From a virus (lineage: Duplodnaviria; Heunggongvirae; Uroviricota; Caudoviricetes), in the IMG/VR virus record IMGVR_UViG_3300026484_000284, positions 1 through 64,000 of that record: 64,000 nt of DNA, one strand, 5' to 3'. Each line of letters starts with the position of its first letter. The stretch's first letter is position 1. The position numbers and the translations under genes are program-made. Below are positions 26,953-36,845 of this stretch, piece by piece. Under the pieces are notes generated by a model. The model worked only from the letters and a program-made list of their open reading frames with translations, had not been told where the DNA came from and ran no database searches.

Positions 26953-28650
26953 TTATAACTTCAAAATTAGTTCTTTATATTTTGAAGTAATTCTATTATA
27001 TTTTACATCGTAATTAAACGAATTGATAGCATTTTTAACTTCTTTAAGTGATGATTGGACATATAAAGCATCGTGGACCCTAAAAGAAACATCAAAATGT
27101 TTTTTCAATTCGTTTATTACTCTTTGTTCTTTCTGAATATAATCATAATAAAGGATATTGTCGGAATTTATTTTTTTATTATCTTTTTTCAGGAAGTTCA
27201 ATTTAGTTTCAATTAAATGAAATTTTAGTTTATTATGAACTTCGTGAATTTTTTTACCTAATGCTTTAATTTCATTTGGATTTGAAACGAATGTAAGATA
27301 ATCTGGCAAAAACTCTACATTACCCCCATTAAAGATACTTGTAAAATAAAATTTTAAGTTTTTTCTAACTTTTTTCACTTGTAAATTCTTACTATTTTTA
27401 TTATTTCTAATTTCTTCAGCGTATTTCATAGAATAATCGTCTAACTCATCATAAATCTTTTCCAACCAACTTGTTCCGAATAATTTAGTTTCTGTTTTTT
27501 TATATAATTGAAATATAGCACTTTTCAAATCCACTTCATATGTAAATCCCAAAAAAGAAAGGATAACCTCTCTTAACTGTTTATTTATTTGAGTTAAAAG
27601 ATTATAATCTCTTCCACTCATTTTTAATTCCGTATAAATAATTTCATCATTAACAATAGATTCTTTAACTTTTTTAACATCATTAAGATAATTTCTGTAC
27701 TTTCTTAAATTTTTTTCCGTAGATTTTGTGATAAGTTCATTTGATGAATCCCAATGAACCCTATATCTTTCCAGATTTTTTTCTGTTTGAATAACTTTTT
27801 TTTCGTATTTTTTTTCGTATAAGTCTAAAACTTCTTTAAGTGTAATACTTTTTATTTTTTTCATAGAAATTAAAAATTGTTTATCTGTAATTTTTTCAAC
27901 TTCTTTACCAAGGTATTCTTCAACCATTTTTTTCGCTATTTTTGAAACTTCATTATTTGATAAATTAACTCTTTTATTTATATTTATTTTTTTGATTATA
28001 CAAGCATTTATTTCATCTGTAAAATCTTTCTTTAAATCGTTTATTTTGAAACCTCTTTGTAATAAATTAGACATCCTTAAAGTGGTTGCATTATAAGATT
28101 TTAAATCATTTTCAATGACAAAATCCCTTGCTTCATCAAATTTTTTGGATGCTATAAGATTGATATATTCTAATGATTTATTCCATTTTAAAAATCCCCA
28201 TTCAACATCAAATAAAAGATAATAAGAATTTGCTTCTCCCTGAGCATCATAAACATAAAAACCACTCTCTTTACCTAATAATAATTCAAAATATCTTTCA
28301 AATTTATTAGATGAAAATTGTTTCATATTATCTCCATATAATCCTAAATATAAATTTTCAGGATGATACTTATGTGTTTCTGCAAAATATATTTTAATAA
28401 AAGTAGATAATAATTTTTCAGGCCCTTTTTTGAATAATGACTGAAATTTATTGTCAATGTAGTATTCTTGTAGTTCTTGTGTAAAGTAAGGAACTGGCAC
28501 GACTAACTCGTTAAATACCTCATCAGTATTTTCGAATTGTCCCCAATTAGAAGCATTTTCAATTGCTTGAATTTTTAGTTTTTCTTTATTTTTTCTTTTC
28601 CAATTTTTGTAGTATTTTTTATTATATTGTGTTCTTGATTTTTGAAACAT
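26953..28650 (-). CDS. hypothetical protein (565 aa)
   Basis: Long ORF with a structured 5' leader (see findings). Lys-rich. No motif recognised. Confidence 0.4.
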   Translation of the reverse strand: MFQKSRTQYNKKYYKNWKRKNKEKLKIQAIENASNWGQFENTDEVFNELVVPVPYFTQELQEYYIDNKFQSLFKKGPEKLLSTFIKIYFAETHKYHPENLYLGLYGDNMKQFSSNKFERYFELLLGKESGFYVYDAQGEANSYYLLFDVEWGFLKWNKSLEYINLIASKKFDEARDFVIENDLKSYNATTLRMSNLLQRGFKINDLKKDFTDEINACIIKKININKRVNLSNNEVSKIAKKMVEEYLGKEVEKITDKQFLISMKKIKSITLKEVLDLYEKKYEKKVIQTEKNLERYRVHWDSSNELITKSTEKNLRKYRNYLNDVKKVKESIVNDEIIYTELKMSGRDYNLLTQINKQLREVILSFLGFTYEVDLKSAIFQLYKKTETKLFGTSWLEKIYDELDDYSMKYAEEIRNNKNSKNLQVKKVRKNLKFYFTSIFNGGNVEFLPDYLTFVSNPNEIKALGKKIHEVHNKLKFHLIETKLNFLKKDNKKINSDNILYYDYIQKEQRVINELKKHFDVSFRVHDALYVQSSLKEVKNAINSFNYDVKYNRITSKYKELILKL

Positions 28651-28933
28651 CTCCTCAACTCCTTTAATGTTTTCTCACAACTGAAACATTTTCCTCAACT
28701 CATTATAATAATTGTATAAATAAGTCCCATTAAAGGAGTTGGGAAGATGTTTCAGTCGTAAAGATGATTTTTGTTTGTTTTATATTTATTTAATTTTTTT
28801 ATTTCTAATTTTACCATATTTTTAACTTTTTATTAACCTTTTTAACAATTTTTTTTAAAATATATATCTTTAAAGTTGTATATTTATAGTGAAAAGTAAA
28901 AAAGAATAAATTGTATTTCAATTCCTATTTACT

Positions 28934-29350
28934 TCAATCAATATCCAAATACATAATTTTATTTTTAAGTGTTTTTAATACTTCTTTATCCCCTGATTTA
29001 TGATATTTATGTATCAAATAATCCACATCATCTTCAATTTTTTTATTTGACTTATATAAATAATATAACTCAACATATTCTCCTTCTTCATCAAAAGCAG
29101 AATGATTTATTTTTAATGAATGATATAAAATACCGTATTCATCTTCATTTATTTCTAAATTTTCAAGTGCTTCATCAAGTGAATTATAATCCAAATCACT
29201 AATTTTTTTAGTTGAATTAAAAGAATTATCTTTTTTAAAAACACTTATACCAAAAGACAAGTGTTTAAAACATTCATTATCTATAAACTCGTTTTCTTTT
29301 GAAAATTCAAAATCATTTTTATATTTTGATATAATAAAATTCAAATCCAT
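28934..29350 (-). CDS. hypothetical protein (138 aa)
   Basis: Tiling ORF. Confidence 0.3.
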   Translation of the reverse strand: MDLNFIISKYKNDFEFSKENEFIDNECFKHLSFGISVFKKDNSFNSTKKISDLDYNSLDEALENLEINEDEYGILYHSLKINHSAFDEEGEYVELYYLYKSNKKIEDDVDYLIHKYHKSGDKEVLKTLKNKIMYLDID

Positions 29351-29352
29351 TT

Positions 29353-29877
29353 TTACACCTTTAATTGTTTAACTTTTATATGTTTTTTTAAAAAATCTAT
29401 ACCACTTGTATCTCTATACTCTTCAAGATATATAACTTTTTTAATTCCTGCTGCTAATAAATGTTTCGCACAATTTAAGCAAGGTGACATCGTAACATAA
29501 AGAATTGCTCCTTCTGTACTCTCATTTGTTCTTGCCATATATGCCAAGGCATTCATCTCAGCGTGGATAACATCTTCTTTTGTTTTTGTGTCTTTAACTT
29601 GTCCATTTACACAGTTAGTGCATATTGTAGATTCATCAAATTCATTATAAACATAATCCTTCCCACCACAAATAGGACAAATAGAATAAAATTCATCTTC
29701 ACACTCATTATCACATCCTGATGGAGTGCCATTCCAAGCATTTACGATAACCCTATTATTTTTAACGATTACTGCTCCGACTTTACTTCTTTTGCAAAAA
29801 CTCATTTCAGCAGAAATTTGTGCCATTTTCATAAACATTTCGTGATATCTTCTCTTCTTTAATTTATTCTTTTTCAT
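29353..29877 (-). CDS. dCMP deaminase (cytidine/deoxycytidylate deaminase zinc-binding family)
   Basis: HAEMNAL and SPCLNCAK zinc ligands, plus an extra Cys cluster (CPICGG...CTNC) as in T4 Cd. Confidence 0.7.
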   Translation of the reverse strand: MKKNKLKKRRYHEMFMKMAQISAEMSFCKRSKVGAVIVKNNRVIVNAWNGTPSGCDNECEDEFYSICPICGGKDYVYNEFDESTICTNCVNGQVKDTKTKEDVIHAEMNALAYMARTNESTEGAILYVTMSPCLNCAKHLLAAGIKKVIYLEEYRDTSGIDFLKKHIKVKQLKV

Positions 29878-30002
29878 CCTTGCTCCTTTACCAATTTATA
29901 TTTTTGTTTAATTCTTTTTATGCTTTTAATTCTTTTTATGGTTTTTTTATACCTAATCTTATACTTAATTTTATATTTTTTAATTTTCATATTTATCCTT
30001 TT

Positions 30003-30218
30003 TCATTCAATCATAGACATTAGGAAAAATTGTATTATGACCCCTAAAATTCCCGTTAAAAAAATTAAAGGAATCGATAATACAAATCCTTCTATCATCA
30101 ATGAAATAATTAATTCATTCTTCAAAAATTTATGTTTTTGAAAAACTTGGATAAGAAACCAGCAATTATATATCCAAAGTGTAACACCCATCATTCCAAA
30201 TAATATATGAAGTGTCAT
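30003..30218 (-). CDS. small membrane protein (71 aa)
   Basis: Two TM helices. Confidence 0.3.
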   Translation of the reverse strand: MTLHILFGMMGVTLWIYNCWFLIQVFQKHKFLKNELIISLMIEGFVLSIPLIFLTGILGVIIQFFLMSMIE

Positions 30219-30445
30219 TTTCCTTTAGACCTAAATACCACAAATAAAATTGCTGGTAAAATTATTATTAAAAATATCGATAAGATGATATAATTTAAAA
30301 TCATAAAATAAGCGATAGCAAAAAGACATATAATGATAAAATTTTTGTGTTTTTTATATATCTTTTTCAAATATTTTTTTGTGTCTTCTAATACCATTTT
30401 TAAACTAATTCTTAATTTTGATTTAAAATCATTTCTTTTAATCAT
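30215..30445 (-). CDS. small membrane protein (76 aa), paralogue of the next ORF
   Basis: MIKRNDFKSKLRISLKMVLEDTKKYLKKIYKKHKNFIII aligns with MIKRSNFKTRLKVRLNLKFEDTKNYLKKVYEAHHNFIII. Confidence 0.35.
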   Translation of the reverse strand: MIKRNDFKSKLRISLKMVLEDTKKYLKKIYKKHKNFIIICLFAIAYFMILNYIILSIFLIIILPAILFVVFRSKGK

Positions 30446-30454
30446 TTTAATCCT

Positions 30455-30733
30455 TTATTCGATGACACCAATAGTGGAATAACCTTTATCCAATCTTTCA
30501 ACCAACACGGAAAGAATTATGGGTAACAATACCGATAAAAATGCCGCCAAAATAATAGAATTCGAGGCTATAGAATAAATGGTCGCAAAAAGATATATAA
30601 TAATACCAAAAATAATTATGAAATTATGGTGTGCTTCATATACTTTCTTCAAATAATTCTTTGTATCTTCAAACTTCAAATTTAAGCGAACTTTTAACCT
30701 TGTTTTAAAATTACTTCTTTTAATCATTTTCAA
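30455..30733 (-). CDS. small membrane protein (92 aa), paralogue of 30215..30445
   Basis: See previous entry. Confidence 0.35.
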   Translation of the reverse strand: MKMIKRSNFKTRLKVRLNLKFEDTKNYLKKVYEAHHNFIIIFGIIIYLFATIYSIASNSIILAAFLSVLLPIILSVLVERLDKGYSTIGVIE

Positions 30734-31674
30734 ACCTTTTCATTCCTCAATTTAGGTCTTTTACTTTTTTCATCTGAAAACATCAATAAAGGATTTTCTT
30801 CAATCGTTTTTGTGTATTCAATAATTTCATTGCTTAATGCTTTTTTCTTATTATCAAGTTCTTTAACTATAACTTCTAATTCCTTTCTGAAATTTTTTCT
30901 TCCTTCTGATAGTGATTTTATAGTTGAAACTTCAATCAGGTTATCTTGTGATAATTCAATCGCATCTTTAATACTTTCTTTTGTATTTCTGTCATTAACA
31001 ACTATAAATTCGTTAAGTACATCTTTAACTAAATCATAATTTTGTTTTATATTTTTTAATTTACTATTCTGAGTTGCGATAACCATTTGTATTCTTAACA
31101 TTGATTGAATTTGAGGGCTCATTTCTTCTGTTTTTGCTCTCATAGAACTAAATGACTGGATTTGTAATCTACATTCCTCTAAATTGTTAGCATTTATAAC
31201 ATTTAAACTCTCTAAACTTCTGATAAGATTATTTCTTTCTTGTGATTCAAACTCGTCTTTAATTTTCATTTTTTTAAGTTTTTTAACTTGATTTTCAATG
31301 TCTTTTTTTGCTGCTTCATTAACTTTGTAAATTTCTCTATAATGATTAAAACGATATTCCGTATCTTGTATAATACTTTCTTGAATTTCTCTCAATTCGT
31401 CGGCAATGTCTTTTAAAGATGAATTATCTATTACTTCTATCTCAATTTTTTCTTTGATTTTATTACCAATTAAAGGAACTTTACTTAAAAATCTATCAAC
31501 TAATGAAGCATTATTTGAGTTCAATAATGCTCTTGCTTTCATTATTTTTTCAACTAATAATTTAAAATTTTCATTTAATTCATCTACATTCGTGTTATCC
31601 AAAATGTCATCTGTAACAGATTCCACATTTTTTTGTATTCTTTTGAATTCATCTTTAACTTCTTTAATGCTCAT
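30730..31674 (-). CDS. coiled-coil protein (314 aa), TelA/KlaA-like by composition only
   Basis: Heptad-rich throughout. No catalytic motif. Confidence 0.3.
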   Translation of the reverse strand: MSIKEVKDEFKRIQKNVESVTDDILDNTNVDELNENFKLLVEKIMKARALLNSNNASLVDRFLSKVPLIGNKIKEKIEIEVIDNSSLKDIADELREIQESIIQDTEYRFNHYREIYKVNEAAKKDIENQVKKLKKMKIKDEFESQERNNLIRSLESLNVINANNLEECRLQIQSFSSMRAKTEEMSPQIQSMLRIQMVIATQNSKLKNIKQNYDLVKDVLNEFIVVNDRNTKESIKDAIELSQDNLIEVSTIKSLSEGRKNFRKELEVIVKELDNKKKALSNEIIEYTKTIEENPLLMFSDEKSKRPKLRNEKV

Positions 31675-31687
31675 TTTTTCTCCTTAA

Positions 31688-32647
31688 TCAATTATAAACA
31701 ACGATTATATTTTTTAACTCATAATTTAGTTTTATCTCTCTTGAAGACTTGAAAATAAATTTATTATCAATATCTTCGCTTTCAAGGAAAACATCTAAAC
31801 AATGTAATCTAACTATATTAAGACTTATTCCATCGTAGTATTCAATCTTTAACTCGTTTTTATTGAATTTTCTCATAAACTCGTTAAATTTTTTTATAAA
31901 TCTTTCGAATTCAATGTCTGCAAATGAATAGTACCCTCTTGGAGATATTGGCAATGATTTTAGAAATATCTGTGATAACATTCCGAATTCTTTTAAAAAT
32001 TGTTTATCATTTATCCAATCATCGTCATAATTAAAAATGTTATTTTCAATAATATATTCTTTTCCAAAATGTAATTGATTAACTAAAAATGATTTTCCAT
32101 CTCTCTTATATTCACTTTTTTCAATGAATCTTGGAAAAATACCATAAAAATCCAATTCTTTTTCAACTAATTTATAATCTTCTTGGATTATTTTTTTAGT
32201 TTCTTCTCTCAATTTTTTCAATTCATCATTTGGTAAATTTTTGCTTTTTTTAATTACTTCAATGGCAGTTAAGTATCTATTCATAAAACTTTTACACTGT
32301 TTTGAAGGTTCAACATAAGCATATTCCCCATTGAATTTATTTACATTTTCATCCAATTTTTTATCAAATTTAAAAGTGAAATGATTCTCACCTTTTTCAA
32401 CCATTCCATTTGTATCTTTTGCTGAAATCGAAAAATCTTTATCTATTACTTTTTCAAAAATTGATGCTGGACATTTTTCTTCAAAATGTAAGCGAAAAAC
32501 AATTATATTATCAATAATTTTAGTACTTGTAATTGAAAAATCTGAAAGAATTGCGATTTCTTTCAATTTTCTCTCTATATCTTGTTTTATCTCAATAGTT
32601 TCGAAAAGAGTATATTTACCTTTTCTTTTAAATAAAAATTCAAACAT
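31688..32647 (-). CDS. hypothetical protein (319 aa)
   Basis: Tiling ORF. Confidence 0.35.
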   Translation of the reverse strand: MFEFLFKRKGKYTLFETIEIKQDIERKLKEIAILSDFSITSTKIIDNIIVFRLHFEEKCPASIFEKVIDKDFSISAKDTNGMVEKGENHFTFKFDKKLDENVNKFNGEYAYVEPSKQCKSFMNRYLTAIEVIKKSKNLPNDELKKLREETKKIIQEDYKLVEKELDFYGIFPRFIEKSEYKRDGKSFLVNQLHFGKEYIIENNIFNYDDDWINDKQFLKEFGMLSQIFLKSLPISPRGYYSFADIEFERFIKKFNEFMRKFNKNELKIEYYDGISLNIVRLHCLDVFLESEDIDNKFIFKSSREIKLNYELKNIIVVYN

Positions 32648-32685
32648 CTTTTCTCCTTAAATCATGTGCTTTTAGTTAAAGTTTT

Positions 32686-33036
32686 TTAATTTACTTTAAT
32701 ACCTTCGAAATTTTTACTTCCTCTTTGTGAATAATGGTAAATTTCGCCTGCTTCAATGTGCCAAAGTATATCATCTATATTTTTGATTTCTTTATCTGTA
32801 TATTCTTTAAGAACATTTAAAAGTATTTCTCTTCTTTCTTCTTTACTAACATTTCTTCTAACAATAGTTTCAATTCTACTACCCCTCCCCCATTGTTTAT
32901 AAAAATCTAATGAATATAAATAATGTTCTTTTTTGCCAATTTTAATGATAATATCTTCTGTTTTATAAAATCCAGTTTCTCCAACTTTTAAAAAGTTACT
33001 TTTTACCACTTTATTGTTTGTTTTAATTTTTATCAT
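32686..33036 (-). CDS. hypothetical protein (116 aa)
   Basis: First ORF after the promoter at 33060..33096. Confidence 0.3.
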   Translation of the reverse strand: MIKIKTNNKVVKSNFLKVGETGFYKTEDIIIKIGKKEHYLYSLDFYKQWGRGSRIETIVRRNVSKEERREILLNVLKEYTDKEIKNIDDILWHIEAGEIYHYSQRGSKNFEGIKVN

Positions 33037-33059
33037 TTGTTCTCCTTATGATTTATATA

Positions 33060-33096
33060 TTATAATTATAACAAAAAAGAAACAAAAAGTCAAGTA
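33060..33096 (-). promoter_or_regulatory. consensus sigma70-type promoter
   Basis: Plus strand reads TATAATTATAACAAAAAAGAAACAAAAAGTCAAGT. Confidence 0.5.
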
Positions 33097-33099
33097 TTT

Positions 33100-33456
33100 T
33101 TAATACTTATTTACTTCTATTTCATAATTTAAAATGTCTTTAAATTTACTTTTATATTTTTCAAGTGTTTTGAAAATATATTCTTTAATCACTTCAAAAG
33201 TTTTACTTTTTTCCTCGTCATTCGGGTTATTATAATCCGATGCCAATTCAGTATAAGTTATCCTTTTTACCCCAAAAACAACTTCATCCACTCTTCCATT
33301 ATTATAAAGTCCGTATTTCAAATCAAATGAAAAATCATATCCATCATTTTTTAGTTCTTTTGTTAATAAACCAAAAAAATCATTTTTATCTAGAATTTTC
33401 TCGATATCTTTCGAAGTGTAACCCTCTGCCATTTCAGTTAAGATTTCTTTTAACAT
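33100..33456 (-). CDS. hypothetical protein (118 aa)
   Basis: Tiling ORF. Confidence 0.3.
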   Translation of the reverse strand: MLKEILTEMAEGYTSKDIEKILDKNDFFGLLTKELKNDGYDFSFDLKYGLYNNGRVDEVVFGVKRITYTELASDYNNPNDEEKSKTFEVIKEYIFKTLEKYKSKFKDILNYEIEVNKY

Positions 33457-33513
33457 TTTTTTCCTTTATGTTTTAAATTATAGTCAATCAATAATTTTAG
33501 TAAAAAAATATAT

Positions 33514-33987
33514 TTATTTCATTACTTCAAAATTTAATTTATTGACTACTTCTTTTATATTATTTAAATCTTTCTTTGTAAAGTTTTCTCTAAAACTTAA
33601 ATTTTTCAGACCTTCATAACCATTTATTACGATTTTTTGATGATGTGATTTCACAAAATTACTTGGACAATATATCGCATAAAAGTCGTTTGATATTAAA
33701 TGAAACGGAATTTCTAAATAACAATGTTTTTTTACAATCGTTTTTTTAGTCATTAAAGGAATTTTAAACCCAAATAGATTTAATTCTTTAACTATTATTT
33801 CTTTAATGATTTCTATCGGAATTTCCAATGCGATAGAATAAAAATATTCTTTTGTACCCGATTTAAAAGTTACTTCGTACCCTTTATACAGATATGCTTT
33901 AAAATTTGTATTGGTAAAAACTCGTTTTTTGCCCCTTACCTTTGTTTGTTTAGTAATTATGGGCAAATCTTCCGTTAAAACACTCAT
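33514..33987 (-). CDS. hypothetical protein (157 aa)
   Basis: Tiling ORF. Confidence 0.3.
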   Translation of the reverse strand: MSVLTEDLPIITKQTKVRGKKRVFTNTNFKAYLYKGYEVTFKSGTKEYFYSIALEIPIEIIKEIIVKELNLFGFKIPLMTKKTIVKKHCYLEIPFHLISNDFYAIYCPSNFVKSHHQKIVINGYEGLKNLSFRENFTKKDLNNIKEVVNKLNFEVMK

Positions 33988-34001
33988 TACCTTTCCTTAA
34001 A

Positions 34002-34292
34002 TCAATTTTCGTTAAGGTTTTTAAAAGTGATTTCACCTTCATTTATAAGTTTCATTAAATCTCTTTTACTATGAACTTCAACATAACAAAAATCTCTTAA
34101 AAATTGATAAAGATATTTTAAAGTTGTTCTACTATAATTCCATTTTTGTTCGTCAAGTGAAATTATTCCCTCTTCTTTTGCTGCTATAATAGTGTCATAT
34201 GATTGAAAATATCTATCATCACTAACATTTATAACTCCTTGACTTGCTGCAACATTCCCACCATCTGTATATAAATAACTAATTTTAACCAT
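34002..34292 (-). CDS. hypothetical protein (96 aa)
   Basis: First ORF after the promoter at 34322..34358. CACATG start context. Confidence 0.3.
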   Translation of the reverse strand: MVKISYLYTDGGNVAASQGVINVSDDRYFQSYDTIIAAKEEGIISLDEQKWNYSRTTLKYLYQFLRDFCYVEVHSKRDLMKLINEGEITFKNLNEN

Positions 34293-34321
34293 GTGCTTTC
34301 CTTTTTTTGTTTATTTCTTAC

Positions 34322-34358
34322 ATTATAATTATAACAAAAAAGAAATGAAAAGTCAAGT
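34322..34358 (-). promoter_or_regulatory. consensus sigma70-type promoter
   Basis: Plus strand reads ATTATAATTATAACAAAAAAGAAATGAAAAGTCAAGT. Confidence 0.5.
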
Positions 34359-34403
34359 CTTATATAAAAAATTATATAAATTTTAAACTTTTTATTAAAC
34401 TTT

Positions 34404-34754
34404 TCATTTTAATTTTAAATCAGCAATGTTACCTAATTTATAAGATACATCTTGGGCATTATATTTTGATAATGCCTTTAAAAGTTCATTATCACTTTTT
34501 GTTTTTTGAGATATATCTTGAGGAATAAAGTTTAAAACATTCATTTTAAATGCTTCTTCAAATTCCTCTTTATTTTCAATTTCAACCTTTTTAGCAGGTT
34601 TATCACACATCATATCTCCACAATAAGCAATAGAAATTTCATCATCACTACCACCTAATTTTTTACCATACATTGCTTGAGCATAAACATTACCAATCTT
34701 TACTGTACAAATTGAAAGACCTCTAAACATTCCTTCTAAAATTTCTTTTAACAT
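34404..34754 (-). CDS. hypothetical protein (116 aa)
   Basis: Tiling ORF. Confidence 0.3.
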   Translation of the reverse strand: MLKEILEGMFRGLSICTVKIGNVYAQAMYGKKLGGSDDEISIAYCGDMMCDKPAKKVEIENKEEFEEAFKMNVLNFIPQDISQKTKSDNELLKALSKYNAQDVSYKLGNIADLKLK

Positions 34755-34802
34755 AATTTTCCTTTCTATTTATTTAATTATATATTGATAAATTCAATAT
34801 CT

Positions 34803-35024
34803 TCAAAAATTCCCTTTTATGTTTTTATTTATAAAAATAAAATCCCCAATCTCAGTATATTTCATTTTTGAAATTTTTGTTTCAATTTTTAAATCAATAT
34901 CATTTTTCATCAAAAAATGTTCTAATGAATCTACATCATTGAAATGTCCAATTTCTTCATTTTTTAAATCAATTATAAACACATCTATACTGTTAGGTTT
35001 TTCGTTTAATATTTGTTTTAACAT
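34803..35024 (-). CDS. hypothetical protein (73 aa)
   Basis: Tiling ORF. Confidence 0.25.
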   Translation of the reverse strand: MLKQILNEKPNSIDVFIIDLKNEEIGHFNDVDSLEHFLMKNDIDLKIETKISKMKYTEIGDFIFINKNIKGNF

Positions 35025-35064
35025 TTTAATTAATCCCTTTAGAATTTTTTTTATTTAGTATTAT

Positions 35065-35583
35065 TTAATTATTACTTGTTTTTTCAAACAACTTAAACAA
35101 TTCACTTTCTAATTCTTTATCATTTTTTATTTTTTCAAAAACATATATAATTTGATTTTCGAGTGATTTGAATATGTGTATATTTTTCAATTTACATAAA
35201 ATTCTTATATAATCGTTCTTTTCAGAATCTTTTGGGAATCCCACAACTAAATTTTCTCTATCGATATTCATACCTAATTCTATATTTGTGGTTAAACCAG
35301 GTAATTTTTTCATTTCGCGGGGTATCCAGAAAAATAGAAAAGTACTAAACTTTTGGCATTTTAATTCCCATTTAACTTGGTTTTCTTTTTCAAATTTAAA
35401 ATTGGAATCTTTAAATTCAGGTAAAATGAGGTTTATAGTAAAGTCATATTCTTTCTCAATTTTTTCAAATAATTCAACTGCTTCCTTTCTCCAACTTTTT
35501 GTATCTTTACTTCTGGGTGAAGGACCCATTAAGAAAACACTATTTTCAAAATTGACTTCATCTTGGGCATAATATATATTCAT
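35065..35583 (-). CDS. nucleoside 2-deoxyribosyltransferase-like Rossmann protein (tentative)
   Basis: N-terminal NSVFLMGPSPRS resembles the NDT YLAGP loop. Weak call. Confidence 0.3.
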   Translation of the reverse strand: MNIYYAQDEVNFENSVFLMGPSPRSKDTKSWRKEAVELFEKIEKEYDFTINLILPEFKDSNFKFEKENQVKWELKCQKFSTFLFFWIPREMKKLPGLTTNIELGMNIDRENLVVGFPKDSEKNDYIRILCKLKNIHIFKSLENQIIYVFEKIKNDKELESELFKLFEKTSNN

Positions 35584-35585
35584 TT

Positions 35586-35852
35586 TTATCCTTTATGACA
35601 CTTAAAAGCAGAAAGGTGAATGTCCCCATCTTTGCTTATAAATTTATATTTTTTATAATAAAACTTGGTATTATCAATATACATAAAAGCCTCACTATCT
35701 TCATCTAAATAACACTTTATTTTATAACCTTTATTAAATTCTTCCACAAGATTGTTTTTGATATAATGCGCTTTACTTGATATTAAAACTGTCAAAGTAG
35801 TGATAAATGCTGCGAAAGAAAGTATTAAAATCTTTAAATCAGAACTTTCCAT
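35586..35852 (-). CDS. small membrane-anchored protein (88 aa)
   Basis: N-terminal TM helix. Confidence 0.3.
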   Translation of the reverse strand: MESSDLKILILSFAAFITTLTVLISSKAHYIKNNLVEEFNKGYKIKCYLDEDSEAFMYIDNTKFYYKKYKFISKDGDIHLSAFKCHKG

Positions 35853-35869
35853 TTTGTTTCCTTTATTGT

Positions 35870-36835
35870 TTAATTTATATTCCTAAATTCATCTGTTAAA
35901 AATTGCCCACACGCTGCCTTAATTTCTGAACCAGCACTAAATTGAACCTTTAAGGGAATATCGTTTTTATAAAATAAATTTAACATATCATTAAAATTTT
36001 TTGATTCATTTAAGGTTGAATTTTCGCAAGTGTTAAGTCTTAAAATTCTCAACTCAATAAAATTTAAAAAAGTATAATCCATTATATGTTTTATCATTTC
36101 GATAGTTAAATTGACATCTTCGTTTGTGTCGTTTATACCATCTATCAACATCGTGTGGAAAATGATATTCGTTTTCAACTCTGACAATAAGTCAATTGCT
36201 TCATCGACAGGTAATGCTTTAGGAATAAGTTTTTTTCTAACTTCATCATTGAAACTATATAAACTATAAAAAAATCTTAAAGGTGTTCTGTGCTTATATT
36301 TTTGTCTATTCGTGTCCTTATCAATATTAACAATAATATCATTTGCTGGGTTTAATGGATAACGATATAGGCACCCATTTAATCTATTGAAAATAGAAAT
36401 ATCAATCTTCTTTGGTACGATTGATGATATATCAACACCATCCAAACCTTTTACAAATAACATAGCATAGTCCAAGAAGTTAAGTGAAACCCATTTCATA
36501 TCGTCAGGGTTCAAAAAGGCATCTTCCCCCATTCCCATCCAGCATAATTTGATATACTTATCCTTGATTTCTGGGGTTTCTTCAAGTTGCTTATCAAGTG
36601 CTTCTTTTAAATTATTTAAAACTTGTTCTTTTGATAATTTTTTATATTTTATGTCTTTTAAAGTCAAGTAACAAAATTTGCACTTGTATTGACACCCATA
36701 AGACATTGAGGCAAATAATGTAAATTTGTTTCTATCTTGATTACTACAACCTGGCAATAATTTTATCGATGTTTCAGATAAATCATCGTGTATATACTTA
36801 TATGTAGATTTATCATTTGAAATAAATAGTTTCAT
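35870..36835 (-). CDS. RlmN/Cfr-family radical SAM methyltransferase-like protein
   Basis: CQYKCKFCY (Cx3Cx2C). CWMGMGEDAFLN (compare RlmN FMGMGEPL). C-terminal KAACGQFL (compare the RlmN conserved AACGQL Cys). Confidence 0.6.
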   Translation of the reverse strand: MKLFISNDKSTYKYIHDDLSETSIKLLPGCSNQDRNKFTLFASMSYGCQYKCKFCYLTLKDIKYKKLSKEQVLNNLKEALDKQLEETPEIKDKYIKLCWMGMGEDAFLNPDDMKWVSLNFLDYAMLFVKGLDGVDISSIVPKKIDISIFNRLNGCLYRYPLNPANDIIVNIDKDTNRQKYKHRTPLRFFYSLYSFNDEVRKKLIPKALPVDEAIDLLSELKTNIIFHTMLIDGINDTNEDVNLTIEMIKHIMDYTFLNFIELRILRLNTCENSTLNESKNFNDMLNLFYKNDIPLKVQFSAGSEIKAACGQFLTDEFRNIN

Positions 36836-36845
36836 TTTGTTTCCT

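Noticed and set aside
28651-28760. preQ1 riboswitch in the structured leader, given the deazaguanine genes
   Set aside because: The helices and loop sizes do not match the compact preQ1-I or preQ1-II consensus (no short hairpin plus A-rich tail). It is reported instead as a generic SD-sequestering structure.
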